Source of the DNA: the human T2T-CHM13v2.0 reference genome, Homo sapiens
NCBI RefSeq assembly: GCF_009914755.1
Contig: NC_060932.1
DNA length: 64,000 nt
Direction: 5' to 3' (one strand)
The stretch's first letter is position 1. Each line of letters starts with the position of its first letter. The notes beneath the pieces were generated by a model. It was given only the letters and a program-made list of their open reading frames with translations, ran no database searches and was not told the DNA's origin. Positions 1-13,200 of this stretch are shown here, in pieces. The translations under genes were made by a program, and so were the position numbers.

Positions 1-760
1 TGACGCATGCTAAAGCTCTGCTGATGCTCTGGCCCCCTTGCCCAAGGGTACACTGGAATAGTATGGGACAGGGGAGCCCAACCTCATCTAGGACACTGGA
101 GGCAATGTTTCAACTGCGTTCTGACGGAGGACTTGACATTGATGTTGGAGGCCAAGGATGTGGCACACAGGAAGATCTAAAAGCAAGTGAAGGCACACAT
201 TTCCAAGTATCAGTGTACAGCCCAGTGCAGGATGCAGGAAAGACAGCAATAAGACAGGAGAGGCAGCTAGGGAGTAGATTCAGGGGGTGGAAGGGAGGAA
301 GCCTGGTTAACCAGCCTGGACTTCATTCTAAGGGCAATTAGGAAGCCACTGAAGGACTGAAAGAAGGGAGTGTCAGGATCTGATTTGCATTTTTGGAAGA
401 TCCCCCTGGCTGCAGAAGGGAGTATTAGGCCCAACACACATACATTTTCAAGTTGGTTTACAATGGAAGTCTTCACATGCCAAGACCCAACTGCCTGGGC
501 TCTTGGGGGCCACGCTTCAGCTCCACTTTGAGCCAGTACATTCCGTTACCTACTTGGCTCTAGTCCACAGCACCTTGGAATCCCTTACTGAGGGTGTGGC
601 ATCAGCTATACATTCCAGATTTCATCTCCAGAAGACACACAGTCAGAGAAAGCCCTGCTACCCTCTTAGACAGGTGGGGCGTCCTCTGCTTTTTCTTTCT
701 GTGTCTCGACAACTTGTTTATTTTTAACATTTTTTTCCTTTCTTCTTTTCTTTCCTTTCC

Positions 761-1075
761 TTTTTTTTTTTTTTTTTTTTTTTAGAGACAGAGTCTCATT
801 CTGTCACCCAAGCTGGAGTGCTGTGGTACCATCATAGCTCACTGCAGTCTTGAACTCCCCTGGGCTCAAGTGAATCTCCTGCCACAGCCTCCTGAGTAGG
901 TGGGACTACAGGCATGCCACCACACCTGGCTAATTTTCTTAAATTTTCTTAGTTTTTGTAGAGACAGGGTCTTGCTGTGTTGCCCAGGCTGGTCTTGAGC
1001 TCCTAGCCTCAAGCAATTCTCCTGCCTCGGCCTCCCAAAATGCTGGGATTACAGGCGTGAGCCACTGTGCCCAGC
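761..1075 (-). mobile_element. Alu (AluJ-like)
   Basis: Poly-T followed by reverse-complement Alu, ending GAGCCACTGTGCCCAGC. Confidence 0.92.
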
Positions 1076-2525
1076 TTATTTTGAACAATTATTAAAAATA
1101 CAGAAAAGGATAAAAAAGAAAATTCAATCACCCGGAAACACACATGACAAAGATGACCACTGCTCACATAGTGTGTATTTCTCTGATGACATGTTACTTG
1201 GCTACTCTGGCCCTGAGTCTTCCTGGTCTATTCCACGTATATTATATATACAAGTGTATATTGTGTCAATTTAAAGTGAACATAACACAACAACTGAAGC
1301 ATATTCCTATTTTCAATTAAAAGAATATTCTTAAAAACATTTTAAGCATGTTTTTGGTGAATGTAAAATACGTCACCACATGGGTGATGGCACCAAAGTC
1401 CTGTCTTTAAGAGTGGATGGGTCCTGCTCCCTGAGCCCACCTCCAGCCAGTGGGGCTGGCTTCTGGGTGGGACCATCAGCATCCTTAGCTGTCCTAACAC
1501 CCTGTCAGCTTGGTCATGTGTGTGTCGTACTTAAAGCCAATGCTTAGAAGCTTTGTGTTCCAGGGCCTAGCTGGAGGGCACAGACTTGAGCTGACTGCCA
1601 GCTCCTCCCACTGCAAGCCCCGCAGCTGCCCCTGCTATCGAAGATGTTTTCTATGAGCTCTCTCCCTCTATCAGGTGAGAGCCCCAGGAAGCCACCTATG
1701 CCACATGCCAAGAAGGACTCACCATCTTCCTCCTAACCCGTCCCCCTCCTCTTTCCCAAGCTCAGTGGAAGTCATCAACTAACTGCCCAAATGCCAAATC
1801 AAGAAGGGGCCCCTGTTGGCATCTGATCATAGGTACACACGTATACACACGCTTACATATGTACATTTGTATGCAAATGTGATACCGCACATTGGAAACT
1901 ACTCAGACCACCCGACTTCTTAGGGGCAGGCGACAGAACCATGGGGATGCAAGAGCCAGGAGAGAGCTGCGGAGCAAGAGCCAGCCAGGCTCATCCATTC
2001 ACACCACCCTCATCGTATCATCTCCGTGTCCGGCTCCTGGCAGGCGCTTCTGGGATAGGCCTGGGAAGCATCCACATAAAAAGCTAAAGGCCCAGATAAC
2101 AGGAAAAACAGACAATCATGGCAGCAATGCCACCCCTCTGTATTGACTAGTGTCTGCACATTATGAAGTGATTATATAGAGAAGATGTTGACTTGATGAT
2201 GTGGTGAACAGAGAATCTCCAAACTGAAGTTAAGGGGAAAGTTAACCTGTTAAGAGACAGACTAGCCAGAAACAAAGCAGAAACCCCAGGACTCCGTTTT
2301 CACCTGCTCTTTCATTTGCACTCTGTGTTAACCTCAGGGCCCGGCGACGGAGTCCTCAGCTCCAAGACATTCTGAGGGGCCTCGGACACCCACATTCCCA
2401 CTGGAACCGGAGGCCACAGGCTTTGCCCTAAGCTCTCCATCCTCTGCCTGAGGTTACTTCCAACTCTGGCAGCTTTCCCACTAATTTATAAGTCCTTCAC
2501 TTCAAAGAAGGAAAACTATCTTCAG

Positions 2526-2656
2526 TTTTTAAATTTTTTGTGGAGACTGGGTCTCACCATGTTGCCCAGGTTGGTCTTGAACTCCTAGCCTTAAGTGATC
2601 CTCCCATCTCGGCTCCCAAAGTGGTGGGATTACTGGCATGAGTCACTGTGCCCAGA
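2526..2656 (-). mobile_element. Alu left monomer (FLAM-like)
   Basis: Single reverse Alu arm. Confidence 0.8.
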
Positions 2657-3808
2657 CAGGGAAGGAAAGATAGCTTCAGCTTTGACTCTTCTCTCAGTGC
2701 CTAGCATAGCTTTGAATATCCTAAGGGCACAACCAATACCTGGGGGAAGTAGCCTAGTGCTGTGGGCTGTTAATAAGCTTTGGAGTCAGGTGCATCTGGG
2801 TTGGAGCCCAGTTCTGGGGTTATCAACCTATTGGGCGACAGAGTGTGACAATGCATGTCATGCACGAGGAACACTGGAGACCCTCATAAGTGCAGGCACC
2901 TCCCTTGATAAAGAAAGAAGTTTTTTTGCAAATATCATTGTCAATGCTCGCCAATGGATGCAAAAGCAATTGGACATGTACTATTTCCTTGGTAAAAACA
3001 CAGGGAAATCTTTGAGAAGAAGAGTCCAGTCACATTGGAAGCAAATGAGAAGGAAAGAATGGTGCTCTCTTTTTTTAATTGGCTGGCCATTACATCTTTG
3101 CTTTCACTTTGAGTGTCTCCAATGCAAGTTTTCCTTTCTTGGAGAATGTGCTGTGCTTTGTGCACCCAAGATCCAGAGAGTCTCCGCCAGAGGAATCCGG
3201 TCTCCCCACAACACCACACATTCCATTATCTGTGACAGTTCACACCCAGATTTACTACCTGTGGATCTAACAGCCATAGGAGTCTCAGCAAAGTTAGGAA
3301 GCCCTTTTATGTTCCCCTCTGATATACAGCACTGGTGCCACACAAGACTTCAATAAAGCTTGCAAGTATCTAAGCCCACCTGGAAGTTATTGACGAACCC
3401 ATGCAGATTACTGCGCAGGTCTGCAATAAAAATCCTGTCCAAATAGAAAATTCATTTTTTTTCCTGAAAATGAAATGAAGATATGATTTAAAGTATCCTT
3501 TTCTCATTTCCCAGTACTGAAAGAATAACAAGCTGGCCTTCCCCGGCAAACCTCAAGACTTCACAATACCATTGGAAGGCCAGGAATGAACTTTGGTAAA
3601 GGATTTATTAGAAAGAATAACTTTATGAACAATCATTATTTTATTAGCTATACTCCATTAAATATATGGGAGTTTTAAAATTTACAAAGCACATTCTCAT
3701 TTATTATCTCATTTGATCTTCATCCCTATTTTACAGATGAGAAAACTGAGGCTGGAGGAAATTCAGAGGCTTGTTCATGCACACGTAGCTGATACATGCA
3801 AGAGCTCA

Positions 3809-4294
<486 letters not shown>

Positions 4295-7200
4295 TCAGTC
4301 AGAAGAATTCAAGGTGGGGGAAACAATAGATTTACTTGGTACCAATTCTTTAGGGCCAACTCTCTCAAAATCAAAAAGAACAACTAAGAAAAAAAACCTG
4401 TACTAGTTAAATGTAGCTTTTCAACCAATTCAAGCCATAGATATCTAGTGAATGGTTATGTACAAAGGCTCAAGTGTTGGCTTCAAAGTGCTTACAATTT
4501 AGTAGAAGAGATAAAACAAGAACTTCTGCATGTGCATGTGTGTATGCGTGGAAGGTGCAGAGAGAGCAATGGGGTGGGGGTAAGGAGGGGACAGATATGA
4601 AAGGTTTCTTGCAGGCGACAGTGTTGGGCTTTGACATTGAAGGAGGAAGGAATCAATAACAGGATCACCTATTCAAAGGTGTTGCCAAAGCAGACACAGG
4701 GGCAAGCTAACACCGATGAAGAGCGCCTGTACATAGGACACACTCGCCACTACGTGCTCATTTTTATTGTGAAAATAGGGAAGAAACCTCAGATGAGTTT
4801 GTTTTTTTTTTTTAAGTGTTGCCACATTGAGAGGAGAGGAGCAGAACTGGTGAGCCAGCAGCCTTTGCTGGGGTGAGCAAAAGAAACGGGGAGACACTGG
4901 AGGCCAGCTCGTGTCCCCTGCCCAGGGAGGTGACTTGCTCCAGGCTCTGAATTTCAGCTGCTGCTGCACCTGCTCTGAGACAGTCCAGCACTAGATGGTT
5001 TGCACATCACTTGCTCCTCACAGTCACCCTTCACAGAGGTGGAGCAGCAGCCAAAATTCAGAGTGTAACATCTTCTCAGCCCTCAAGACCCTGCTCTCCT
5101 GGTCTAGCCTATGGCTGGGAAGTGAGGAGAGATCCTGGGAACAGCCCCCACCACTGCTACCTCTGCAGCAGGGAGGGAGGAGCTGAACTGAAAAAATGGA
5201 CAGGAGGCAGGCTGGGAAAATTCCCACATCTTCAGCCCCTGCCGGCGCCTCCCAGAGCTCCAGAGAGGCAGGCCCACCTTCATTTATGGAGGCTCCCGAG
5301 GTACTACAATAAGAAGAAATGCCAAAGCAGGGATACCAAAGTTGTGATATGTTTTAAAGTCTTGCAACAAAGAAACAAATGCTCTAATAATTCACATGCA
5401 ATACAACATAAGTATGCTAATCAAAAGCCAAATTGAGGCTTTACATATAAATATCCATTAATGCCACAACATACATTAGTGAAATGGTTTAGCAACAGGA
5501 CCCAGATTAAAGATGTGTGATGAGCACTGTTCTCTTTCAATTTTGTCGGCAATCTCTTGGATTGAATTTACAAAACCTTTTGGAGATAACAGCAGAAGTT
5601 GAAATTTGAGGCCCTTTGCAAATGAAAGTCATGGGCCAACATGATTCTAATGCTTAACTTTCCTCCCTCCATCCCACTTTCCCCCCTCCATCCCACTTTC
5701 CCCACCTCCAGACCCACCAAGCCTCCTTGTCAACCCTCCAGTCTCACGCAGGTGCCCCCCCACCCCAAATCTCCCCTGTGATTCCAATCACTGGATCAAC
5801 AAAAAACCCCTCTCCTGTCCAGGAGCAGGGCCTCCTCCTGCTGAGAGAGGAAGGCTGCAGGCTCTTCGGTTACTGCTGCATAGACTGGAAAGACTGACGG
5901 AGCTGCCTGCACAGCTAAGTGGCAGAGGCCACTCTCCAGGCCTGGGCTTTCTTTTCTTTCTTCCTGCACTCTTCCTCCATCCCTCCTTGTGAGTGCCTGG
6001 CTCCTTGGGACCCTGTGCAAACACTGTTGTTGTTACAAATGTCTAAAATCACTTGACATTTAGTGTAGCAGAGACCCTGCAAGGAACTAACTACATGCTC
6101 AGTGGTGGAATCCACTGCACCAAAAGATTAGATGGTTCCACTGCCTCCCTACAAATCTCTATTGCTTTGCAAATGATTAGAAGAGAAAACAAATCAGGCT
6201 TTTTCCAGATGCCCCCAAAAGACAGTCAGTCAAAGGGTGTATCATTCACCGGAACACATGCCTGCAACCAAGACAACATCTGGGCAAGCAGAGATTAATA
6301 TTATATTAATTCACTCATTCAACCATTCACTCCACAAACATCCACTGCCTGCCGCTTGAGTCAGGTACTGAGCTAGGTGTCAGGTACACAGCTATGAATA
6401 GGACATGGTCTTTTCTTTCACCATCAGACGATGAAGTAGGTGAACATAACTAGGGACAAGGAGAGAGCTGAGTAAACACTACCCTGGGGTCTCACCGTGT
6501 TGCAGGTATCCGGCTTAGTGTGAACCTGTCACTCAGGGCCAAGGCGTCAGCGCTCCTCTCCCTATCCACTCTTCCTTCCTTGAATTCTGCCCTCTTCTAT
6601 CCTCTGCTTCACTTTTCCTCCCATCTTCCTGTCCTCTTCTCCTCCTACCCTCAAGCTCTGGGTAAACATAAAAAGCACACACATTCTTATGCCTCAGGCT
6701 CCCCCAGCCCTCAAAAGCTGTCATCCTTCATGCAAATGCCTGCTTTACACATGCTTTGCAATGTATTTCCATTCCAACCTTCAAAAGCAGGGGGACTTAT
6801 CAGTAAATATCATAAACGCTGGATTTTTTTAAGCTGCAGCTACAACAGCAAGTGGCTGACAAGGTTGGCTCTGCACATGCACAGCACTGAATGAAGCCCC
6901 ATGAGAAGCAGGCATTGTTAGAGCTCCAGAGTGTAGCTCAGTTCCCTGCGTCGAGGTGGCTTCTATCTGTGTCAGTCAGTGCGTCACAACACCAGCCTCC
7001 TCCACCCCCCGCACACAGCACCCCTTAGCAAGCACCTTCCCACACAATATCATCAACTGTAAAAACTGCAACCATCGCCAAAGTTACAACCATGGTTATT
7101 TCTACAAACGGGAGGGATGCGGTTCTGCTCAGTCAGTCCCTGGTAAGTAGGTTACCCGCGGGACAAACACCTTTCCTTTGAGTTAATTCAGAATGCCCTT

Positions 7201-9578
7201 GGCTCAGCTATCCATCCACACAAGAGGCCAATGTCCTGGAGTAACATGTTTGTCTGCATGTATGGAATTCCTTCTGCATGCTGGTATAAGAAACGGAAAC
7301 TGGGTCCACACACTCTGTAGTCTGTGTGAGCAGCTGTAAAGTCCTCAGCTGCCTGATTTTAATACATTTCACCTTGAAAAATTATCTCCTTCATGAAAAA
7401 TGGCTTAGTTAGACTTCACCTTATATGAACCTTTGAGTTAGCCCTAGGCCCTCTGCCTCACCAGGCCCCTTGTAAGCTTTCTTCAAATGCTCCTTTCTGC
7501 ACTGCCTCCCTCACCTTTCCCTCTAGAGCTTTCCACCTGCTTGTGATTTTCAATTTTGCTATAAATTTTAACTCTATTCTCTGAGATGACCCTCAAGACC
7601 ATCCCAATGGCTGAGAAAACTCACAGCCCTTACAAAATACGAACAAAGCATCCCTACATCCCACCCCATACCATCTCCCCTGCACCCAAAGAATCAGTCC
7701 TAAGAGTATGCGTCACTGCTATCACTTTAAATGAAAATTTTCTTATCATTATATTAATCATAGCACCCAGGATACTGCATAAAATAATGAAAATCTGAAT
7801 GGAAGATTTTTGAATGCTACTGACGCAGTATGCTGCGACCGGCTAGTAAAACAAGATAACACCATTTGGGGGGAGGAATATATTAAATATTATCATCTAC
7901 CACCAAAAGAAAAAAAAAGAAATGAGGTTTACTACAAATGTAAAGATTAAGAGCAAAGAAGCAAAAAGAATATTGAAATCACCGCTTTCACATGTGTGTA
8001 TTATACATATTTGGAATTCAGAGTTATATTAAAGGGAATTTTCACAGAATGGAAAAGAATCACAGGAGAGGGGGTGGGAGAGGGTTTTTTGACTATTTTC
8101 AAAAAATGATATATGGTGTCGGGAGTGTCAAGGAGGAAGGCTGCGAGAGAGAGGTGGATGAGAACACTGAGTGAGCAGCTCGGAGAGGAGCGCCTTGGCT
8201 TCCAAAGCAGGAGGCAGGAATGGAAACACAGAGCACTCCTTCCCGAGAAGAAGTTCACATTCACGCCAAGAAAGTGGGTGAGCATCGCAGCGTAGAGCCA
8301 GACTTCCCCTGCCTGACTCACAAGACGGGCTCTGGTATTTTAGACCCCAGCAGAGGGACCTGCGGAGATTCTCTCTCGGTGGCACCAACCCAAACTCTGA
8401 TTCATCATCGGTTTGAAAAAGGCCCCTTTTCGGTCCTCTAAAGGGGTGGTGCCTTTGTGAAACTACTATTTACACACAAGATGGCAATCCCTCAAGGGAG
8501 GTGGGGACGTCAGTTTCTGAAGGGTACAGGAAAGCCTAGAGAGTGTTGGTTACTTCCTTTGAAATCAGAGAGCATCTCTAGGAAGAGGATGGATGTTGGT
8601 CTGCTGACCAACTGTCAAGGGGTGTGTGACCCACAGACAGCCTGCTCCCCAACACTCTGCTGTCAGCTGCAGGCTCCAAACTTCTTTCTCGGAATGAGAC
8701 AGTTTCAGGGAAAGAAAACGTGTTTCCTTCTCAACCAAGGCCAGAGCCTCTCCCTGGAAGCCTGAGGGGCCCCACTCCTTGCTGGGGAGCCGTGCAGGCT
8801 GGGCCCCACATCGACTTCTTCGGGTGAAAATAGCTCTCCTGAATCCAGAGTTCAGCATCTCCGATTCCCAGAATTACACCCACGTACTCTTGGCCTCCTC
8901 CGTGGCTCTAAGGTGCCCTGACTTCTGTCACCGTCCTTTCACCATCAAAGGTGTTTCTGACCTAAGGTGCTTCTCAAGGTGCTTTGATCAGGGGTAAGAG
9001 GACCCCAGACCCCAAAAGGGCTAAAAACAGCAACAGTTGCCCCTGGAGGTCTGGGTCTTTGCGGGCCTATTTTGTCTCGGCACCCCGACACAGAAATACC
9101 CGGGATGTCTGCCCATGGGCAGAGCTGGTCTCTGACCAGGCCTTTGGGCCAGGCTGGAGCACCCGTGCCTGGCTTCCAAAGGAACTTCCCCTCCCTGGCA
9201 TGGATGGCTCATCTTGAGTGACCTGAGCATAAGATGTTGCAAATACCCCGGGTAGAGGAGAAGGCGCCTTCTTTTCTGCTACCAGATCCGGAGGGTCAGG
9301 AAAGGTGCTCCCTGAGAAGGGTCAAGGAAGGGCAGGAGCCCGACTCTCGTTCAGAGACACCTGGGAAAGACGCTCTCTTCGTCAGAGTGGGTCACCTAGG
9401 GAGAAGCCGGGCAGAGCTGCCCCCCCCCGGCCCGCTCCCCGGAGCCTGCAGCCGCGTTTACCCAAACCAGCTCTCCTGGAAAGCCAGCGGGTGCGGCGCG
9501 CCCGAGCAGGGCAGCCCACCACCCGCAGCCGGCAGCCAAGGCCGGGAAAGTTGGTCCTAGAGCAGCGCGGGCCTGCCG

Positions 9579-9599
9579 GGTGCTGTCCAAGGTGCTGAA
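9579..9599 (-). promoter_or_regulatory. RE1/NRSE (REST binding site)
   Basis: Minus strand reads TTCAGCACCTTGGACAGCACC against the consensus TTCAGCACCacGGACAGcgCC. Both half-sites are intact with the canonical 2-nt spacer. Confidence 0.85.
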
Positions 9600-9872
9600 A
9601 GGTCTCTGCGGGCAGCTGGCGGGAGGATTCTGCGCGCCCTCAGCCTCCCGGCCACCCGCTCTGCCCTTCCAGCCTGCCGCCCTGTCCCCTTCCCGGCCGC
9701 GCAGAAGCCTCCGTCCCTCCTCTACGCCCACCGAGCCTTCCCCGCTCGGGTGCCGCCAACTCCGCCGCACCGGGCGCCGCGCCCCACCGCGTCCCGGGCC
9801 GCCCGACCCCTGCCCCCAGCAGCCACTTGCAGGTGCCGCGGTCGCTGGGCTTTCACCGCCGCCCCCTCCTAC

Positions 9873-9998
9873 CTTCTTCTTTCGGTCACGGGAGCGGTTT
9901 CTCCGCTTCCTGTTGGATTCCTCCTTCTCCTTCTGCTCCTGGAGGGCCTGCGCCTCGATGTCTTTGATTTTCTTCAGCTGTTTGGCCGCTTGAGCCAT
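9873..9998 (-). CDS. ANK1: Ankyrin-1 distal alternative first coding exon (exon 1B-type, brain/muscle isoform), 42 codons
   Basis: ATG in strong Kozak context (GCCATGG). Encodes MAQAAKQLKKIKDIEAQALQEQKEKEESNRKRRNRSRDRKKK, recognised as the N-terminus of the long ANK1 isoform. Ends at a phase-0 donor AAG|GTAGGA (GT at 9872-9871). Confidence 0.95.
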
Positions 9999-10914
9999 GG
10001 CGGGTCACGGCGCTCCCGTCCCCGCCTCCTGGACCCCTAGCGCTCAGCGATCCCCGAGGCGACACCCCCTAAGAAGGGGAAGGGGGTCTCTGCTCCACAG
10101 AGGGGACAGCGTTCGTGGCGCCCCGAGGGCCGGCTGCTGCGGGGTCGCGGGAAGGCGAAGGCAGTTCCGGACGCGGAGGGCGAGGGGCGGCTGCCCGCGG
10201 CCCGGGATGGCGCTGCCGCCGCGGCCGGAGCTCGCTTGCCGGCGCCCGGGACGGGCTCTGGGCAGGGCCCGCCGCCTCCCTCCCTCCGCCTCCCTCCCTC
10301 TCCTGCGGCGGCGGCGGCGGCGAAGCGGGGGGGCGGGGGCGGGGAGGCGGCTCGTACTGCGGCGGCGGCGGGCGGTGAGCGGCCGCGGAAGGGGCGGATT
10401 CGGGCGCTCAGCGCGGGAAGGCCCGGGGGCCCGGCCGGCGCGGCGAGGCTGGGCGCACTGGGCGTCCGCACGGGGTCATGGCGAGCGCCGAGCTTCCGCC
10501 TTTGCAGAGCCCCGCGCCGTCGGGCGGCGGGAACAAAGCGGCCGCTCTACCCCGGACCCCGCTGCGGGCCGCAGGGCCAAGCCGGGGGAAGAGGGGAGGC
10601 TGCGGCGGGCGGCGCGCCCCGCGCCCGGGCGACCCGGCGGACCAGCGCGCCTGGCGGCGGCGAGCGCGGCGACATCGCGGGAGCGGAGGCTCGGCCTAGA
10701 GGGCGGGCGGCAGAGGGCAAGGACCGGGCCTGGGGAGCCCCCGGGCGGTGGCCGCTGAGGGCCCGGACGCGCTACTCCCGAGCCCGGGGTGCGGTTCCTC
10801 CCCGGGCGCCCTCGGCGTGGGGCGCGCGCCTCCGGGGCTCCCTGGGGAAGAGCCGGTTCCCCGCGCCGCACGCTGGGAGCTTGATTTGCCCCTTTCAGAC
10901 CATGTGGGCCTTTC

Positions 10915-10922
10915 ATTTGCAT
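10915..10922 (-). promoter_or_regulatory. POU octamer ATGCAAAT (context TATGCAAATGA)
   Basis: Exact ATTTGCAT on the plus strand, inside an AT-rich pocket of the CpG island. Confidence 0.45.
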
Positions 10923-11659
10923 ATTTCCGAATTATAGATGAAAACGTATCCAGGATCAAGTGAATTGTTTTCCTTTGAGTCCTCTTGGGACAGAAAAGGA
11001 AGTAGGTCCCCGCTCCAGCCCCGCCCGTCCCCCATCCCCGGCGCTCCCGCGCACGCCTCCCTGGGGACGCCGCCTGCGCCCGTGCCCCGCGGGGAAGAGC
11101 TGCACTTGGGTCCGCAGCGCCAGCCCAGCCTGCGGCAGGCGGAGGGGGCCTAGGGCTCAGCCAACCACCCCGTCACGCCGCACAGGAGCCAGCCGGGGTC
11201 CCCGGCTCGGGAGCTGCCGCCCACCCACTCCCTCTCCATCCCGTGGGACGAGCACTTCTTCCACAAACGGCTAAGGAGGGAGTTGTGAAAAACAATATTT
11301 GAGACTTGGAGAAGAGTTATTATGAAATAGTCTGCCTCCTTCTGCCTCCCCTAAGCTGAGGGCTTGCTGTAGACATTTACCCAGCCAGGCTAGAGCCGAG
11401 AAAGGAGGCGTCTACCAAGCTGCAGAGAACGACGTCCTGGGCCTGCGAGCTGGGCCCCACGCAGTGCAAACTTGGGAGCAACTGGGCCTTGCCTCTAACC
11501 CCCTGCAGCCTGCAAGCGCTGCCTCACAGGACCTCCCCCCGCCGCCCCCCCCAACCCTGTCTTTGCCCTTCCATCCCCCTCTCCACCTGCACTCCTCTGG
11601 CAAAAGCCTTGTTTTGAAGACGATTTCCCAGGGCTGGGTCCTTGACTGAGGTCTCACTC

Positions 11660-11955
11660 TAGACGCAGTGCGAGCCACAAATTCCAATTCCATATGGAAT
11701 TTAAATTTGCAAGTAGCCATATCTTTAGAAAAAAAAACTGGTAAAATTAATTTTAATAATATATTTTAATTCAATATATTCAAAATATTTCAACATGCAA
11801 TGGATTTATTATGAATAGGACATTTTACATTCTTTTACTAAGTTCAACATTCAGTGTGTATTTCACACTTACATCACATCTAAATTCAGACCCTGCACAT
11901 TTTAATTGCTTAATAGTTACATTTGACTAGTGGTAACTCTATTACACAGCACAGC
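11660..11955. mobile_element. MER33/MER3-like hAT DNA-transposon fossil
   Basis: AT-rich element with the typical GCGAGCCAC...AATTTAAATTT...TAGCCA and CACATTT.AA.TGCT.AATAG motifs. Family assigned by recall. Confidence 0.6.
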
Positions 11956-11959
11956 TCTA

Positions 11960-12700
11960 GACTGTCTCCCTAGGCCAACTCACCCCCTGGCCGGGGCTGT
12001 AATCAACCTACCGACAACACACATAATTAATCTCCAGCACAGCACTATTCCTTGAGCACAGGCCCCAGGGCCACTGTTCCCCTGGGCCTCCTCACAGTCA
12101 TGCCTCCATTCCCTCTGGCCATCCGCCTGTCCACCCTCCACTGCAGGATGGACTGCACATCACAGATGTGGCTATTGTCACTTCTCCACTTAGCATCCTT
12201 CCTTTTTGCTCCTGAAGATCAGAATCTGTTACACCGCCTATGAGGACCTGAATGATCAGGCCCTTCCTACCCACTGACTCATCTCACTCAGGTCTGTGCT
12301 GGTCCCTGTGCTCCAGCCTCAGCAGGCTTTGAGCAGGTCCATGTTGTCCCTCTACCAGGCTGCTGTGTCCTTGATGGCCCCTGCACAGACTGCCCTGTGT
12401 CCACTCCACCCCCATCCCCAGTCTAGCTAACTCCAACTCACTTATCAGATTTCACTGCGGTCTTCACTTCCCCCGGGGCCCCAGACTGGCTCTGTCCTCT
12501 TGCAGTAACATCATATGTGCCTCCTTCGTGACACATGTAATTTTACATTAGTGTGATTGATTGGATTCATGCATAGCTCTCCCACTAGACTTGAAGCTCC
12601 GTAAGGGAAGGGGTAGTGTCTGGTTTTGCTCACTATTGTATCTGCAGCACTTGCATAGTGCCTGACAGATAGTAGGGGCTCGATAAACATGTGTTGAGGA
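11960..12700 (-). mobile_element. L2 fragment(s)
   Basis: L2 3'-end motifs (CTAGAC.TGAAGCTCC...CATAGTGCCTG.CA.ATAGTAGG.GCTC.ATAAA). Confidence 0.6.
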
Positions 12701-12859
12701 AATCCACAGGTCTACTGTGTCCTGGTTTAAGGAATAATCATAAAAAATAGCAGCATTTCCATTGCACCAAGCATTATCACCATTTTACAGATAGGAAAGA
12801 TGAGGCACAGAAAGGCTGAGTAACTTATTCAAGGTCACACAGCTAGTAAATAGTGGAGC

Positions 12860-13200
12860 TGCCTGTAATCCCAGTGCTTTGGGAGGCTGAGGCTGGAGGA
12901 TCACTTGAGCCCAGGAGTTCAAGACCAGCTTAGGCAACAAAGTGAGACCCTATCTCTACAAAAAATAAAATTAAAACAATTAGCCAGGGATGGTGGCTTA
13001 TGAGTATTGTCCCAGCTACTCAGGAAGCTGAGGTGGGAGGATCACTTAAGCCCAGGAGTTTGAGGCTGCAGTGAGCTATGTTTGCACCACTGCACTCCAT
13101 CCTGGGTGACAGAGCGAGACCCTGTCTCTAAAAATAAAATAAAATAAAATAAAATAAAATAAAATAAAATAAAATAAAATAAAATAAAATAAAATAAAAA
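12860..13200 (+). mobile_element. Alu (AluJ-like) with a long (AAAAT)n tail, inserted in a MIR
   Basis: Alu body plus pentamer tail at 13129-13200. MIR core (ATTTTACAGAT...GAGGCACAG...AAGGTCACACAGCTAG) lies just upstream. Confidence 0.9.

Larger units (their letters stand above)
9270..11270. promoter_or_regulatory. ANK1: CpG island / promoter of the ANK1 distal first exon (TSS probably ~10.2-10.3 kb, minus strand)
   Basis: Very high GC and CpG density, GGGGCGGGG GC boxes at ~10327-10346, a (GCG)n run at ~10305-10321, and it surrounds the first coding exon. The TSS position is inferred. Confidence 0.9.

Noticed and set aside
2595-3356. 253-aa plus-strand ORF followed by AATAAA
   Set aside because: Starts at a non-ATG codon inside an Alu monomer, runs through MIR-like sequence, and has no recognisable domain.
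5664-5710. Two-copy 19-bp tandem CCTCCATCCCACTTTCCCC
   Set aside because: Simple local duplication with no spacer structure. Not CRISPR-like, and no such array was seen anywhere in the window.
9396-9872. Continuation of the ANK1 ORF to 200 aa
   Set aside because: Lies past a good GT donor. It is intronic, GC-rich read-through.
9997-10937. Long plus-strand ORFs in the CpG island, including a 253-aa ORF whose ATG shares the palindromic GCCATGGC with the ANK1 start
   Set aside because: GC-rich DNA is depleted of stops. The products are low-complexity Arg/Gly/Ala/Pro, and the Kozak match is the mirror of the real ANK1 start.
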